A DNA stretch of 64,000 nucleotides from Planctomycetota bacterium (GCA_029260735.1 JAJDCR010000015.1:65825-129824), one strand, 5' to 3'. Shown: positions 10,701 to 19,604, numbered from the stretch's first letter. Made by a program: numbers and translations. The notes: a model not told the origin generated them from the letters alone.

Positions 10701-11542
10701 ATTTTGAAGGAGCTGAACCTCAGTATCTAGGTTTAATCAACTCAGAGGCCGTTTGTTTTGATCACGAATTCGAAGATTTCCGTAAATTCCGCGAAGATTA
10801 TTTAGTTGGTTTTGAAGCTGATGCAGAACTATTTGTTCGAGCCTTCTTCCTTCCCAAAGGGCTTAAGACTATCCAAGCCAAAAACTATAGGGAGGCTGTT
10901 GAAGGTGAAGCGACATCTGAGTTAATTCGTCAAGGTAATGCGTCCTCCGCTGATTCACAGGAAGATAATCTTTCTCCGGAAGAAGAAGAAATCAATAATG
11001 CGTATGGTAGTGGAGAATACGAACAAACTAACGACGATGTCGATGACTTTGCTGGTGAAGACGACGTTGACTTTGAAGAAAAAGAGGGAGAAAGTCCTGC
11101 AGATTTCGCAGTCAATGAAGAAGAGGAAGAAGTCGATGAAGAATCTCTACCGGTTCTAGATCGAACAATTACTAGCCAGGAAATATTCGATCGTCGCACA
11201 GCGATTAAAGCAGGTGCTCAACTTAAATATATTATTGAGTATCCTGATGGTTCGCGCTACCGATGCGCAATCAGTGAGCCTCTTCCTATTCGGGAGAAAT
11301 ATGAGTTTTACATGGAAGACTACAGCGAAAATGGTTCTTTTGATCCCAACAGTGACCCTACTTTATTAGCGAAATTCTCTTTGGATGAAGAAGACACCGA
11401 TGAAGCGACTCTTATCTTAGATGAAAGAGGACAGCTTATCATGTTAACCACGGCTCTCTATGATATCCAAATTTGGGCTGACATTGAGTATGTCCCTCAA
11501 AAAATGGATATTCATTACGATCCATTCTGTGGATACCACTAG
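7775..11542 (+). CDS. Giant acidic protein containing an Hsp70/actin-fold (ASKHA) ATPase domain
   Basis: Hsp70 phosphate-1 (LIAIDYGTTNSAIVV), connect-1 (DEATAAAIYY) and phosphate-2 (LLYDLGGGTTDIALIQL) motifs are present. Two long D/E-rich low-complexity stretches flank the domain. ATG with an AGGAAAGG RBS. Confidence 0.6.
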   Translation: MTENLKFYPSHKTITINPIDPIGELRYFLEGFSGEISQKEITLKYAFPAKLGTASPTVKEKIRGILIQILDITHFSVESGRGQATITVPVSRISDPNLLPQESPITVPILVKLIKAASENEEQVEFKCSQELIIDTEHSPSEHEQDMETSDEVQDDDAFSQGYDEGMDEGSGADDDDHDGEGMDDNYSGGQDDSDEEEEEGYASPGGPREISEAGLYSGLIAIDYGTTNSAIVVRDPRYAAEEVRGQLSSEQWLSLCEWVNSWLAEHLSKIDPNETDLFVENLTRIVPNADLPTCGTPEDEIKRSLVKLDDVVREQVLKETLCRLSNFSQEGTNAKILKDIAPEVMFGFESVIDSKSLESQRYFVLELDENAGPGPIPSALQIVSAPATEDLGILIQETRVDMGARVGLLLRSAASGGADIRQFVLSIKRYFGRDEVIEVVPVENGTSPIQFPADILCRLTYRELITRAVNDIHRRADAGQFQDAQWPCSVVATFPTSYPASLRRSLKEILTDLNIKEIDTRFDEATAAAIYYIWREVGADPVCGMNGLMARCRKDRHGRSYQNILLYDLGGGTTDIALIQLIYEELAIFEPDEDKGNGGRYFRITPRLLGTTGHRYIGGDLITLWLFRLVKSKLADCLLTLIMEKNIDPPMDSPLSQLLLNLPEDLVETDMEDEDAPPRYRRGSLLEWTSHPMQQMSKYNNLNETVLDLLVPTCFASDSSRIPYFFTLWEMTEELKKILGTPVTTDAGSGLAVEWPEETELDSGLLYNFVQSAHPWLTDSGLIQQDDLRLSVTQTELTRTAKDPINQSLSLAVSLSKARLLTQEHHDRIDRLILSGQSCNMQCVQTVANEVFRDSDGVFDYDPANVRFDRESAKTSVAIGACIGRYLESVRIDPYNEKTREMLRDGYDQIELVIENLFTYLSCRLAYDSLVAMVTIFDQGHELNLRSFTDRRPVARTSINNLRPVQEKFWIYRIDFEGAEPQYLGLINSEAVCFDHEFEDFRKFREDYLVGFEADAELFVRAFFLPKGLKTIQAKNYREAVEGEATSELIRQGNASSADSQEDNLSPEEEEINNAYGSGEYEQTNDDVDDFAGEDDVDFEEKEGESPADFAVNEEEEEVDEESLPVLDRTITSQEIFDRRTAIKAGAQLKYIIEYPDGSRYRCAISEPLPIREKYEFYMEDYSENGSFDPNSDPTLLAKFSLDEEDTDEATLILDERGQLIMLTTALYDIQIWADIEYVPQKMDIHYDPFCGYH

Positions 11543-11549
11543 AGAACGA

Positions 11550-11576
11550 AAGCTTCCTTGCTAAGCAAGGAAGCTT
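11550..11576 (+). terminator. Rho-independent terminator
   Basis: Perfect 12-bp stem AAGCTTCCTTGC/GCAAGGAAGCTT with a 3-nt loop, 8 nt after the stop of the Hsp70-like gene. Confidence 0.6.
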
Positions 11577-11608
11577 ATCTGAAATTGTTATTAAGTACTA
11601 TATATGTT

Positions 11609-11700
11609 GGAGGGCGAGGCTCTTGCCGAGCAGGAGATGTGCCTTGCTCGGCAGTATGTTATCTTCGCACATCTCCTGCGCGGCAGGAGCCTTGCCCTCC
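11609..11700. repeat. GC-rich long imperfect hairpin (34-bp arms)
   Basis: GGAGGGCGAGGCTCTTGCCGAGCAGGAGATGTGC pairs with GCACATCTCCTGCGCGGCAGGAGCCTTGCCCTCC with 3 mismatches. It is ~65% GC in a ~38% GC background and generates several overlapping spurious ORFs on both strands. Confidence 0.6.
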
Positions 11701-11779
11701 ATCTTAGGTTTAAAATTAAAAATACACCGCGATACTACTCGCCAATTACCCTTCTTTATTATTCTAGAGGGAGCACTCC

Positions 11780-13171
11780 GTGGCCTCATCAGACACTTCT
11801 TTGGAATCTCTTCTACAAATACTAACACACGCCCCCGAAGAAGGCGAGCGAGTCTTAATTCGTTCTGCTGTCAGCTTGCTAAGAGAAGTATGTAACTCCC
11901 AAAGCAATTCTCTAAATACAAACTTAGATAGTACAGCAAAAAAAGTGCGTGACATTTTAGATGAAATTCTTGATGAAACAGCTGATTCAAAGAAAATAGC
12001 TGATTCAAAGAAAAAAATAGAAGAGATTTACGAGGAAGAAGACCATAAAGCAGAAGAAGTTCTACCTCTTCCAGAAGAACCTGAATATTCTAAGAACTTG
12101 GATGCTTTTGATGACCCTGACGAAACAGAAGGAGTTATCTTTCCTGACAGCGAAGTCGAAAAAGAAACAGTATTTGCTAATCCAGAAGAAACTTCCTTAC
12201 TTCAACTAGTAGAAAAATGGAACGCTAAAGAAGAACCTTGGTTTCATATACCTGTTTCAGCTAAACAAAACTATGAAAATACTTTGAGAGAAATTATTTA
12301 CTCTGCTGCAGCTGTCCGTAGTAATTTAGCTACAGCTTGCATAGCCAATCGCTCTATGAAAGATGACTCTAAAAGATTTGAGCGCTACTGGAAACAAATT
12401 GTTCAACAAGCACAAAAGGATGGTTATGAGATATTTCCCAAACAATTTGGAAGGTTAGCTGAACCCGAAGGTAAGGTTATTTACTCTTGTCGTCCTCGTT
12501 TAGAAAAGCAAGAAAACGCTCTTTTAGTGCCAGGCTTAGCTAGTAAAGGAAAAGAAATATTTTCTCCTCTTAGCTTAGTTACTTTACCTCCTAAACAAAA
12601 CTTTCCAGAAGACCATCCACATAAGGATTTACCTGCCCAGTGGCGTGCCATCTTAGGAGAACTTGAACTACTTCTCACTCACTTAGATATTCAAAATGAA
12701 GTTGTTTGCAGCATCGAAAGTATTAATAACAAGAAAAAAATAGAGCCTTATAGTCAATGCAAAGAGTCCGTGCAAAATGAAATAAAAAGACGAGCCAACG
12801 CTCTTTGTAATGCGATCAACCAAAAGGAAAGTATCTACCGTTTGGCGACTAATTACTGGAGAGTAGAAGAATGTTTTTGGAGCGTGTATCACGGAGATGA
12901 TCGACCTACGGGGTATTCCTTTTTTGATCGCCTTCGACGCAGAACCCAAGCTTGGCGAACCACTATTCGTAATCAAGATCAATTGCTAGTGAGAGATTTT
13001 TCTCCAGGGGTTCAATCTCTTGCTTCTATTAATAAATACATTGGTAATATTATTCTTGAGCGAAAAGAGGGGGTCAGTCCAGGTACAGTTTTGCGAGAGA
13101 TTCGTCCTTCTATTATTGTCCAAGTAAACAAAGTTACTCGTTTACTAAAAGGAAGAGTTATTTCAACTTAA
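11780..13171 (+). CDS. Hypothetical protein (no recognisable domain)
   Basis: Long ORF with no internal Met for ~190 residues, so the start is GTG 11780 (AGAGGGAG RBS 8 nt upstream) or a nearby TTG. Composition is coding-like. Confidence 0.5.
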   Translation: MASSDTSLESLLQILTHAPEEGERVLIRSAVSLLREVCNSQSNSLNTNLDSTAKKVRDILDEILDETADSKKIADSKKKIEEIYEEEDHKAEEVLPLPEEPEYSKNLDAFDDPDETEGVIFPDSEVEKETVFANPEETSLLQLVEKWNAKEEPWFHIPVSAKQNYENTLREIIYSAAAVRSNLATACIANRSMKDDSKRFERYWKQIVQQAQKDGYEIFPKQFGRLAEPEGKVIYSCRPRLEKQENALLVPGLASKGKEIFSPLSLVTLPPKQNFPEDHPHKDLPAQWRAILGELELLLTHLDIQNEVVCSIESINNKKKIEPYSQCKESVQNEIKRRANALCNAINQKESIYRLATNYWRVEECFWSVYHGDDRPTGYSFFDRLRRRTQAWRTTIRNQDQLLVRDFSPGVQSLASINKYIGNIILERKEGVSPGTVLREIRPSIIVQVNKVTRLLKGRVIST

Positions 13172-13275
13172 AACAGTAGCCAGAATTCTGAATCCAGTAG
13201 CCAGCATCGAACCCTGGCTTCGCTTCGGGGTAAAAAATGGAAGAAACTTTGAGCTTTTCGTAGCTCGTGAGTCGG

Positions 13276-13376
13276 TTCGTAATCTTAATCGTACTCGTAC
13301 TCGTAATCGTAATCGAAAAAAAAAGAAAAGATTACGATTACGATTTACGATTAAGATTACGAATCGAGTTACGATT
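13276..13376. repeat. Long hairpin built from CGTAAT/CGTACT hexamer repeats
   Basis: Arms TTCGTAATCTTAATCGTACTCGTACTCGTAATCGTAATCG and ATTACGATTACGATTTACGATTAAGATTACGAA around an A-rich loop. Its translation gives the spurious RLRLRVRV ORF. Confidence 0.6.
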
Positions 13377-13517
13377 TTATCCTGGTACAACTCTCATAGA
13401 TATTGAAGTTTCTTAGGAGTAGCCAGTAGAAAAATACAACGCCAGTGAATAGCCACAAACAAAGACAAGATCTTTAGATGTGATGCTAAATCCTTTTGAA
13501 AATAATTATCGGTAAAA

Positions 13518-14345
13518 ATGAGCCAAATATTAGATCTTTTTCAATATCCTTTTATGCAACGAGCCCTTCTTGTGGGCCTACTTCTATCAATAGTGTGTTC
13601 TATTCTTTCTGTTTTTGTCGTTTTGCGCCGAATGGCTTTTGTTGGCCATGGAATCAGTCATGCCGCTTTTGGTGGGATTGCTTTCGCTCTTCTCGTCGGC
13701 TGGACTCCTGCCTGGGGGGCAGCAATATCTTGCCTTCTGGCGGGCTTTTTCATCGCATGGTTTGGCCATAGTAAAAGAATTTCTGAAGATAGTGCTATTG
13801 GCTTAGCCTTAACAATAACAATGGCTTTAGGAAGTATTTTTATTGCTTTACGCCAAAGCTATACTCCCGATATCTATGGCTACTTATTCGGAAATATTCT
13901 TCTTATTGGCCAAGAAGATCTTTTTCTGATCATCACAATTTGTTTTTTAAACATTGTGCTTTTAGCTTTTTTCTTCCAAGCCTTTTATTCTATTTCTTTT
14001 CATGAAGAGCTTGCCTGGGTTGATGGCTTACCTATTCATAAACTCCGCTTCCTTTTGATTAGCATGTTGGCTCTTTTGATTGTGGTTTCGGTTAAATTAA
14101 TCGGGGTTGTTCTGATTTCGGCTTTTTTACTTATCCCTGGTCTTACTGCCTGCCAGCTCAGTTCACGTATAAACTGGATTTTTCTTCTGGCTTGCTGTAT
14201 CGGAAGCTCTTCTGTTTTTTTCGGCCTCATTATCTCTGCTATCTATGACCTCCCTTCAGGAGCAGTCATTGTTGTACTTCAATTTATTTGCTTTATTTTA
14301 GCTTTGATTTTTCAAAAGATATCTGCATCCAGAGGTCTTCCCTAA
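13518..14345 (+). CDS. Metal (Zn/Mn) ABC transporter permease, ZnuB/MntB (ABC-3) family
   Basis: The N-terminus (FMQRALLVGLLLSIVCSILSVFVVLRRMAFVGHGISHAAFGG) matches the ABC-3 permease signature, and the protein has ~8 predicted TM helices. Confidence 0.8.
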   Translation: MSQILDLFQYPFMQRALLVGLLLSIVCSILSVFVVLRRMAFVGHGISHAAFGGIAFALLVGWTPAWGAAISCLLAGFFIAWFGHSKRISEDSAIGLALTITMALGSIFIALRQSYTPDIYGYLFGNILLIGQEDLFLIITICFLNIVLLAFFFQAFYSISFHEELAWVDGLPIHKLRFLLISMLALLIVVSVKLIGVVLISAFLLIPGLTACQLSSRINWIFLLACCIGSSSVFFGLIISAIYDLPSGAVIVVLQFICFILALIFQKISASRGLP

Positions 14346-14378
14346 ACTCGAAAGCCACAGACTCACAAGGAAAATACA

Positions 14379-17300
14379 ATGCAGGGACAAATCCAAATTT
14401 TAAACTTACCAACTCGTCCCATATACACTATTAACTCTGGAGATTTTTTAGTTTTAGGACGCGGACGTAATGCTGATATTATTTTAGAAAAAGATAACTC
14501 CGTCTCTCGTTTACACTGTAAAATTTACTATCAAAAGAAACAATTCTGGATTGAAGATCTAGGAAGCCGCAACCGGACTGTTCTTAATAGCAAACCCATC
14601 TCTATTCGACAAGCCCTTGCTCACAAAAGTAAGTTTAGAATTGGAAAATACTCTCTTCTTTTTACAATCAAAGAATTTCCTCAAGCTCTCCCTCTCGAAA
14701 ATGACCAAGAAGTTTTTGCCCAAATCAAACGCCAAGATAAACTCCTGGGAAAAATAGCGATGAAGTTAGAACTTCTCAGCAAAGCAGATTTAAATAAAAC
14801 AGTTGAACTGCAAGAAGAAATGGCTGAGGAAGGCCCTTATATCGACTTGGCAGATATTCTCCTACAAGAGCACTACCTTAGCATTAACGACCTCAAAAAA
14901 ATTCAGAACTACAAAACAGATGATTCTTTTCGGGTTCCTGGTTACAAATTACAAGAACTAATTGGTTTTGGGGGTATGGGTCGTATTTATACAGGCCGTC
15001 AACTAAGTACAGGTGAGGTCGTAGCGATTAAGATCCTCTCTGATGTAGACGATAAAAATAAAATGCAAATGAGCCAGCAGTTTATCCAAGAAGCTAAGGC
15101 TATTGCCAAACTCGATCATATCAATATTGTTTCGGGCATTGATTTTGGATTTTCTGGTAAACATATCTATATCGTTATGGAGTATGTGGATGGGCCTACT
15201 TTAAGTCAAGCTGTAAAAGAAGAGGGAGGAAGATTTCTTCCCGATAAGGCTTTAGATATAATCAAGCAAGTAGCTAGAGCATTAGAACACGCCCACCAAA
15301 GAAACTTAGTTCATCGCGATATTAAAACAGAAAACATTCTTTTGACCTTTGATCATGTCGCAAAACTTTGTGATTTTGGTTTGGTTCGAGAGGTCGGAGT
15401 GCGCGATGAAATTGATCAGGTCTTTGGCACTGTTGCCTTTATGAGCCCAGAGCAATGTAAAGGTAAAGTAGAAGTAGATATTCGTAGTGATATTTACTCT
15501 CTGGGAACAGTTTTTTATCGAATTCTCTTTGGCCGTCTCCCTTTTGTAGGAAGCAAACAAGAAATTAGAGATCAACACGTTCATAAACCTCTAGTTTTTC
15601 CTAATGAAGGTCGCCATCATCAGAAGATCGAACTTGCTAAAATCATTCAAAAAATGATGGCCAAAAAACCCAGCCAGCGTTACCAAACTCCAGAAGAACT
15701 CCTTTCCGCTCTAAAAGAGCAAGATAAGCTCTTTGAAAAGTTTGATATTTCAAATACAGAAGAAATTTCCGTTTTCGAAATAGAGCAAAAATCATCCTCA
15801 AAAGACCTTTCTTTTGAGGCAACGGAGATTCGTCCCATTCCCTATGTAAACGAAACGCAAGCTATTTTTGCTGCAAATCTTAATCTCAAAAATCGCAATA
15901 AATGGCTTATTGCTCTGATCACTTTAGTCTTTGTATCTCTCGCATTTTTTTGGTGGCAAAGACACAGAGAAGAGCAAAGCAATGAAAAACTTCTTCACGA
16001 TAAAATCACACAAAGCTTAGAGAATAGTACAGAGCAAACTTTAGCTTTCTATCAGGAGTATCGAGTTCTCTATGGGGAACACTCTCGTCACACACTTTTA
16101 AAAGAAAAAATTCAAAGTAGTCTCTACAAAAAAGCTTGGGAAGCAAAAGAACAAAAGGCTCCTATCCAAGCGAGTTTTCTTTGCCAGAAAATTCTGGAAA
16201 TAGATAAAGAAACATCTTTAGCTCAACAAGCAAGTAAGTTACAAAAGCAAATTCAACAAGACAGTCGACTTCTTCAAAAAGAGAAGAGGTTTTGGGAAAG
16301 CTATCGCCAAGTCCAATTATCTATGGAAAAAGCGATAAAAACAGGAGTAGAAGAAGATTGGGAAAAAGCCCAGGAAAAACTTTCTCGGATGAACTCAAGG
16401 CCACTTCCTAAAGAGTTCAAGAAAGAGTTCAAAAAAGAATTAAAAAAGCTCACAAGAGAGCTTTACGATGCTCGCGAAAAAGAAAAGCTACTGCACTACC
16501 GCTTTTATCCAGCAGAAGAGTTAAAACTTCCCCCACAAAAGAAGGATTCAACTATTTTAGCTGTCCAAATGGAAAAACTTCACTTGGGAGCACAAACAAG
16601 TTTCTCCAGCTTAAAGAAAGCTTTTTTTCAATTCCAAGACAAATACATTTACTGCTTGAATCCAAAAAATGGAGAGACTCTCTGGACACATCATTTAGGT
16701 TCTTTGGCACAAGTTCAGTTCATTTTTCTAAATGACTTTAAAGTAACAAAGAACATGGAGGAAATCGATCATATTCTCGTCAGCTCTCCAGAACAATCAG
16801 CTATTTGGCTTTTTGATATTAGAGGAAAATTAGTCTGGTCTTGCATTTTACCACAAACAATCAGAAGTAAGCTTCATTATCACAGTCAAAAATTGTTTGT
16901 TGCTTGCCAAGGAGGAAATCTTTATCAAATTTTTTTAGCAACAGGAGAAATCCAGGGAGCATTTTGCACAGTAGGAGAAAGTTCTTACTTTACGATTCAT
17001 CCAAAAACAAACGGACTTTACATCGCAAGTGAAGATGGCTATATCTACGGCTTTCATGCCATAGATGGGAAACTTCTTTCTCGTACCCCTTACGAGGGAG
17101 TATGTCAAGCTATTAGATGGGGCAATGACAAACGAATTGTCATGCTTGTGAAAAAGGTTAACAACAAGGTCGAAAAAGAAAAAAAGAAACAGATTATAGT
17201 CTACGATACTTCAAAAGTTTCTCATTGGAATCTCACGAAAAAAGAAACTTATGATTTTCCACCAAAAACGATAAAGGAATATGTTTTTGAAGATTTGGTT

Positions 17301-18659
17301 TTTGCTGTTACCTCGACGAATGAAATCTTTAGTTTAAATTTATCTTTCCCTTCTCCATCTTGGGACAATTTCCATTTTTGGAAGAAAACGGAAAATTTTC
17401 TTTTTACGGAAAACCCTTTAAAAAAACACTCTTTCTACCTCATAACAAACTCTATTGAAAAACTAGAGTTTGATCCCAAAATCAAAAAAATAAAAATCCA
17501 GACTTCCTTTCCTTTTAGTGCAAAAATCACTCCAGCAAGCTCTTTGCAGAAAAGCTCTGGTCTAATTTATTTAAGTTCTTTGCATTATCCGCAAAGTAAA
17601 GATCTCCTTACTTTGGCTATGAAAGAAGATGGCAAAAAAATTTGGCTGAGAAGACTATCTCTTTCCATTCAGCCAAGCAAAGCGATTACTCAAGACAAAA
17701 ATCTTTGGCTTAGTCGTACAGACGGAGCTTTGGTCTTTTCTAAAGCTTCCCCTAGTCAAATTCTTCCTCGTTACAAAATATCTGCTGGACATCCTGTTAT
17801 TCCTATTCAGACAAATCTAGAGTTACTTTCTCAGCCTGGCACACCAGATCGCATACTAGTTTTACGAGATAAAGGTAAGTCTAAAGTTATTGACTCCCGA
17901 GGTAAAACAATCCGTCTCTTTACTCCTCGCCTAAAAATTCACTCCGATGAATTTCTTGGCTTAAGTAGTTACCAACAAAAAATTCTTTTTTTAGCCCATA
18001 AAGACCAACTATCCATTCTTTCTCTCAAAAATGGTAAGCCCCTCTATTCTTCCTACCACTCTTCGAGCTCTCTTACAACCAAACCTCTATTTTACAAAGG
18101 GTCTCTCTTTGTCGGAAACGCAAAAGGAGAACTTCTTCATCTTCGTCTCACGGGTAAAAAAAGCAAGCAATGCAAACTTTACTGGAAATACGCTAGCGAA
18201 GGTGCTATCCACACATCTCCCATAGTCTCTCAAAACAAGATTTACTCTGCTAACGAAAAAGGCCAGTTTTTTGCTCTTCATATTCAAAACAAAAAACTCC
18301 TTTGGCAATACCTTGGTCTTGCCCCTATTCACAGCCAAGTTCTTTTTTACCAAGATAAGTTCTACTTTGGAGATGATGAAGGTTATATTCAGGCCCTTGA
18401 CCTCCAAGGAAAACTCCTCTGGCGCACTCAAGTTCCAGGAGCCATTATTCATAAACCCATTATCTATGGAAAACGTATCTATTTTGTAAATACATTATCA
18501 GAGTGTTTTGGGTTAGACAAAGACAAAGGGGAGTTGATTTGGAAGGAAAAAATTTCAGGAGGAGAAATAACGGCCTATTTCCACTACAATCGTTGCTTGT
18601 ATATGGGAACAGACCGAGGATTTCTATATGTAGTTAGAGATATTGCTCTGAAGAAATAA
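14379..18659 (+). CDS. FHA domain - Ser/Thr protein kinase - TM - PQQ-like beta-propeller protein
   Basis: FHA motif (GRGRNADIIL...SRLHCKIY...GSRNRTVLN). Hanks kinase motifs GFGGMGRIY, VAIK, HRDIKTENILL, DFG and SPE. A TM segment (LIALITLVFVSLAFFWW) and C-terminal PQQ/BamB-like repeats (GYIQALDLQGKLLWRT...). Confidence 0.85.
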   Translation: MQGQIQILNLPTRPIYTINSGDFLVLGRGRNADIILEKDNSVSRLHCKIYYQKKQFWIEDLGSRNRTVLNSKPISIRQALAHKSKFRIGKYSLLFTIKEFPQALPLENDQEVFAQIKRQDKLLGKIAMKLELLSKADLNKTVELQEEMAEEGPYIDLADILLQEHYLSINDLKKIQNYKTDDSFRVPGYKLQELIGFGGMGRIYTGRQLSTGEVVAIKILSDVDDKNKMQMSQQFIQEAKAIAKLDHINIVSGIDFGFSGKHIYIVMEYVDGPTLSQAVKEEGGRFLPDKALDIIKQVARALEHAHQRNLVHRDIKTENILLTFDHVAKLCDFGLVREVGVRDEIDQVFGTVAFMSPEQCKGKVEVDIRSDIYSLGTVFYRILFGRLPFVGSKQEIRDQHVHKPLVFPNEGRHHQKIELAKIIQKMMAKKPSQRYQTPEELLSALKEQDKLFEKFDISNTEEISVFEIEQKSSSKDLSFEATEIRPIPYVNETQAIFAANLNLKNRNKWLIALITLVFVSLAFFWWQRHREEQSNEKLLHDKITQSLENSTEQTLAFYQEYRVLYGEHSRHTLLKEKIQSSLYKKAWEAKEQKAPIQASFLCQKILEIDKETSLAQQASKLQKQIQQDSRLLQKEKRFWESYRQVQLSMEKAIKTGVEEDWEKAQEKLSRMNSRPLPKEFKKEFKKELKKLTRELYDAREKEKLLHYRFYPAEELKLPPQKKDSTILAVQMEKLHLGAQTSFSSLKKAFFQFQDKYIYCLNPKNGETLWTHHLGSLAQVQFIFLNDFKVTKNMEEIDHILVSSPEQSAIWLFDIRGKLVWSCILPQTIRSKLHYHSQKLFVACQGGNLYQIFLATGEIQGAFCTVGESSYFTIHPKTNGLYIASEDGYIYGFHAIDGKLLSRTPYEGVCQAIRWGNDKRIVMLVKKVNNKVEKEKKKQIIVYDTSKVSHWNLTKKETYDFPPKTIKEYVFEDLVFAVTSTNEIFSLNLSFPSPSWDNFHFWKKTENFLFTENPLKKHSFYLITNSIEKLEFDPKIKKIKIQTSFPFSAKITPASSLQKSSGLIYLSSLHYPQSKDLLTLAMKEDGKKIWLRRLSLSIQPSKAITQDKNLWLSRTDGALVFSKASPSQILPRYKISAGHPVIPIQTNLELLSQPGTPDRILVLRDKGKSKVIDSRGKTIRLFTPRLKIHSDEFLGLSSYQQKILFLAHKDQLSILSLKNGKPLYSSYHSSSSLTTKPLFYKGSLFVGNAKGELLHLRLTGKKSKQCKLYWKYASEGAIHTSPIVSQNKIYSANEKGQFFALHIQNKKLLWQYLGLAPIHSQVLFYQDKFYFGDDEGYIQALDLQGKLLWRTQVPGAIIHKPIIYGKRIYFVNTLSECFGLDKDKGELIWKEKISGGEITAYFHYNRCLYMGTDRGFLYVVRDIALKK

Positions 18660-18677
18660 AGCGAATCTTGCTAAAAC

Positions 18678-19301
18678 CTAAGCTCTCTTAAATCTTAGTA
18701 AAACAACTCCACCTAAAGCCAAGAAAATGAAACTTGATGGCTCAGGAACAGTTTCGGTTAAAACTCCCGCCTCTCCATTAACGAAAAAATGAGTGCTTGA
18801 AAAACCATTCTGGCTATATCCCCCACCTCCACCACGAAAAAAATAGTTAGGGCTTCCTATATCACTGCTACCAGTGGGAGCAGAACCACTTCCTGATGCT
18901 CCCAAAAAATTACTTCCAAAAATGACACCATAAAAGCCAGCGTCTAAAACAACAGAAAGATTTCCGGTTACCACAGCAGAAGTACTCGGAAAATTCATAA
19001 CAACATGTCCTAGTACATCAGGAGTGTTTAAAACATCACTATCAGGAAAATCCGTTAGACTAGTTAAACGAACAATCGCTCCAAAAAAAGTTCCTGTTCC
19101 TAAAAAGTGTCCACCAATCTCAGTCGTGGTTGCTGTTGAACCAACTTGAAATCTGCCTCCTAAGAATTGATTGGCGACAGTAACTCCGGCCCCGATTCCC
19201 GTAGGCCCCAAGTTTGAGCTTTCATAGATAGTAGCGGTATGACCAGAAACTAATAGACCAAGGCAAAGCAAAATAGAAGCAAGTATTGTTTTGTTTTTCA
19301 T
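18678..19301 (-). CDS. Secreted Gly/Thr-rich protein with a C-terminal PEP-CTERM sorting signal
   Basis: N-terminal signal peptide (MKNKTILASILLCLGLLVSG). The C-terminus VPEPSSFIFLALGGVVLLRFKRA shows the VPEP motif, a TM helix and a basic tail. Confidence 0.75.
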   Translation of the reverse strand: MKNKTILASILLCLGLLVSGHTATIYESSNLGPTGIGAGVTVANQFLGGRFQVGSTATTTEIGGHFLGTGTFFGAIVRLTSLTDFPDSDVLNTPDVLGHVVMNFPSTSAVVTGNLSVVLDAGFYGVIFGSNFLGASGSGSAPTGSSDIGSPNYFFRGGGGGYSQNGFSSTHFFVNGEAGVLTETVPEPSSFIFLALGGVVLLRFKRA

Positions 19302-19463
19302 CTTTTGTCCTTTTGATTTTTATTAATTTACACTGCAACAAATGTTAACTGTACAATATTTTCCAAAAAAATCTACTAGGATTTTTTGATTTATAAAAAA
19401 TTATATAAAATCTTTCTTTTTCATAGCTTAGAGCGTAATTTATTTAACTTGTCCATTCTTTAC

Positions 19464-19490
19464 CTTACTCTACTTTTTGAGTTTGAAACA
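19464..19490. repeat. 27-bp exact direct repeat (copy A) flanking the Rpn-gene segment
   Basis: CTTACTCTACTTTTTGAGTTTGAAACA is identical to 20550-20576. Copy B encodes the last codons (FQTQKVE*) of the STAS gene on the minus strand. Confidence 0.8.
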
Positions 19491-19604
19491 CTGAAGAGAG
19501 TCCGAATAAGTCAAGAACTGTCCTAACACCTGATAAAATAACCTCAAACAAAAAAGAAAGTGGCAAAGTACCACTTATATAGAGTAAAATCTTAGGAGAA
19601 TGTT

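Noticed and set aside
11598-11955. Cluster of 63-90-aa overlapping ORFs on both strands
   Set aside because: They are generated by the GC-rich palindrome, and the mirror-image translations on the two strands are typical of hairpin artefacts.
13163-13390. 75-aa ORF (RLRLRVRVRLRLR)
   Set aside because: It is a translation of the CGTAAT/CGTACT hexamer-repeat hairpin, not a gene.
13172-13517. Possible tRNA (AGTAGCCAG short repeats, ATCGAACCC)
   Set aside because: There is no GTTCRANYC T-loop, no acceptor/anticodon cloverleaf and no CCA context.
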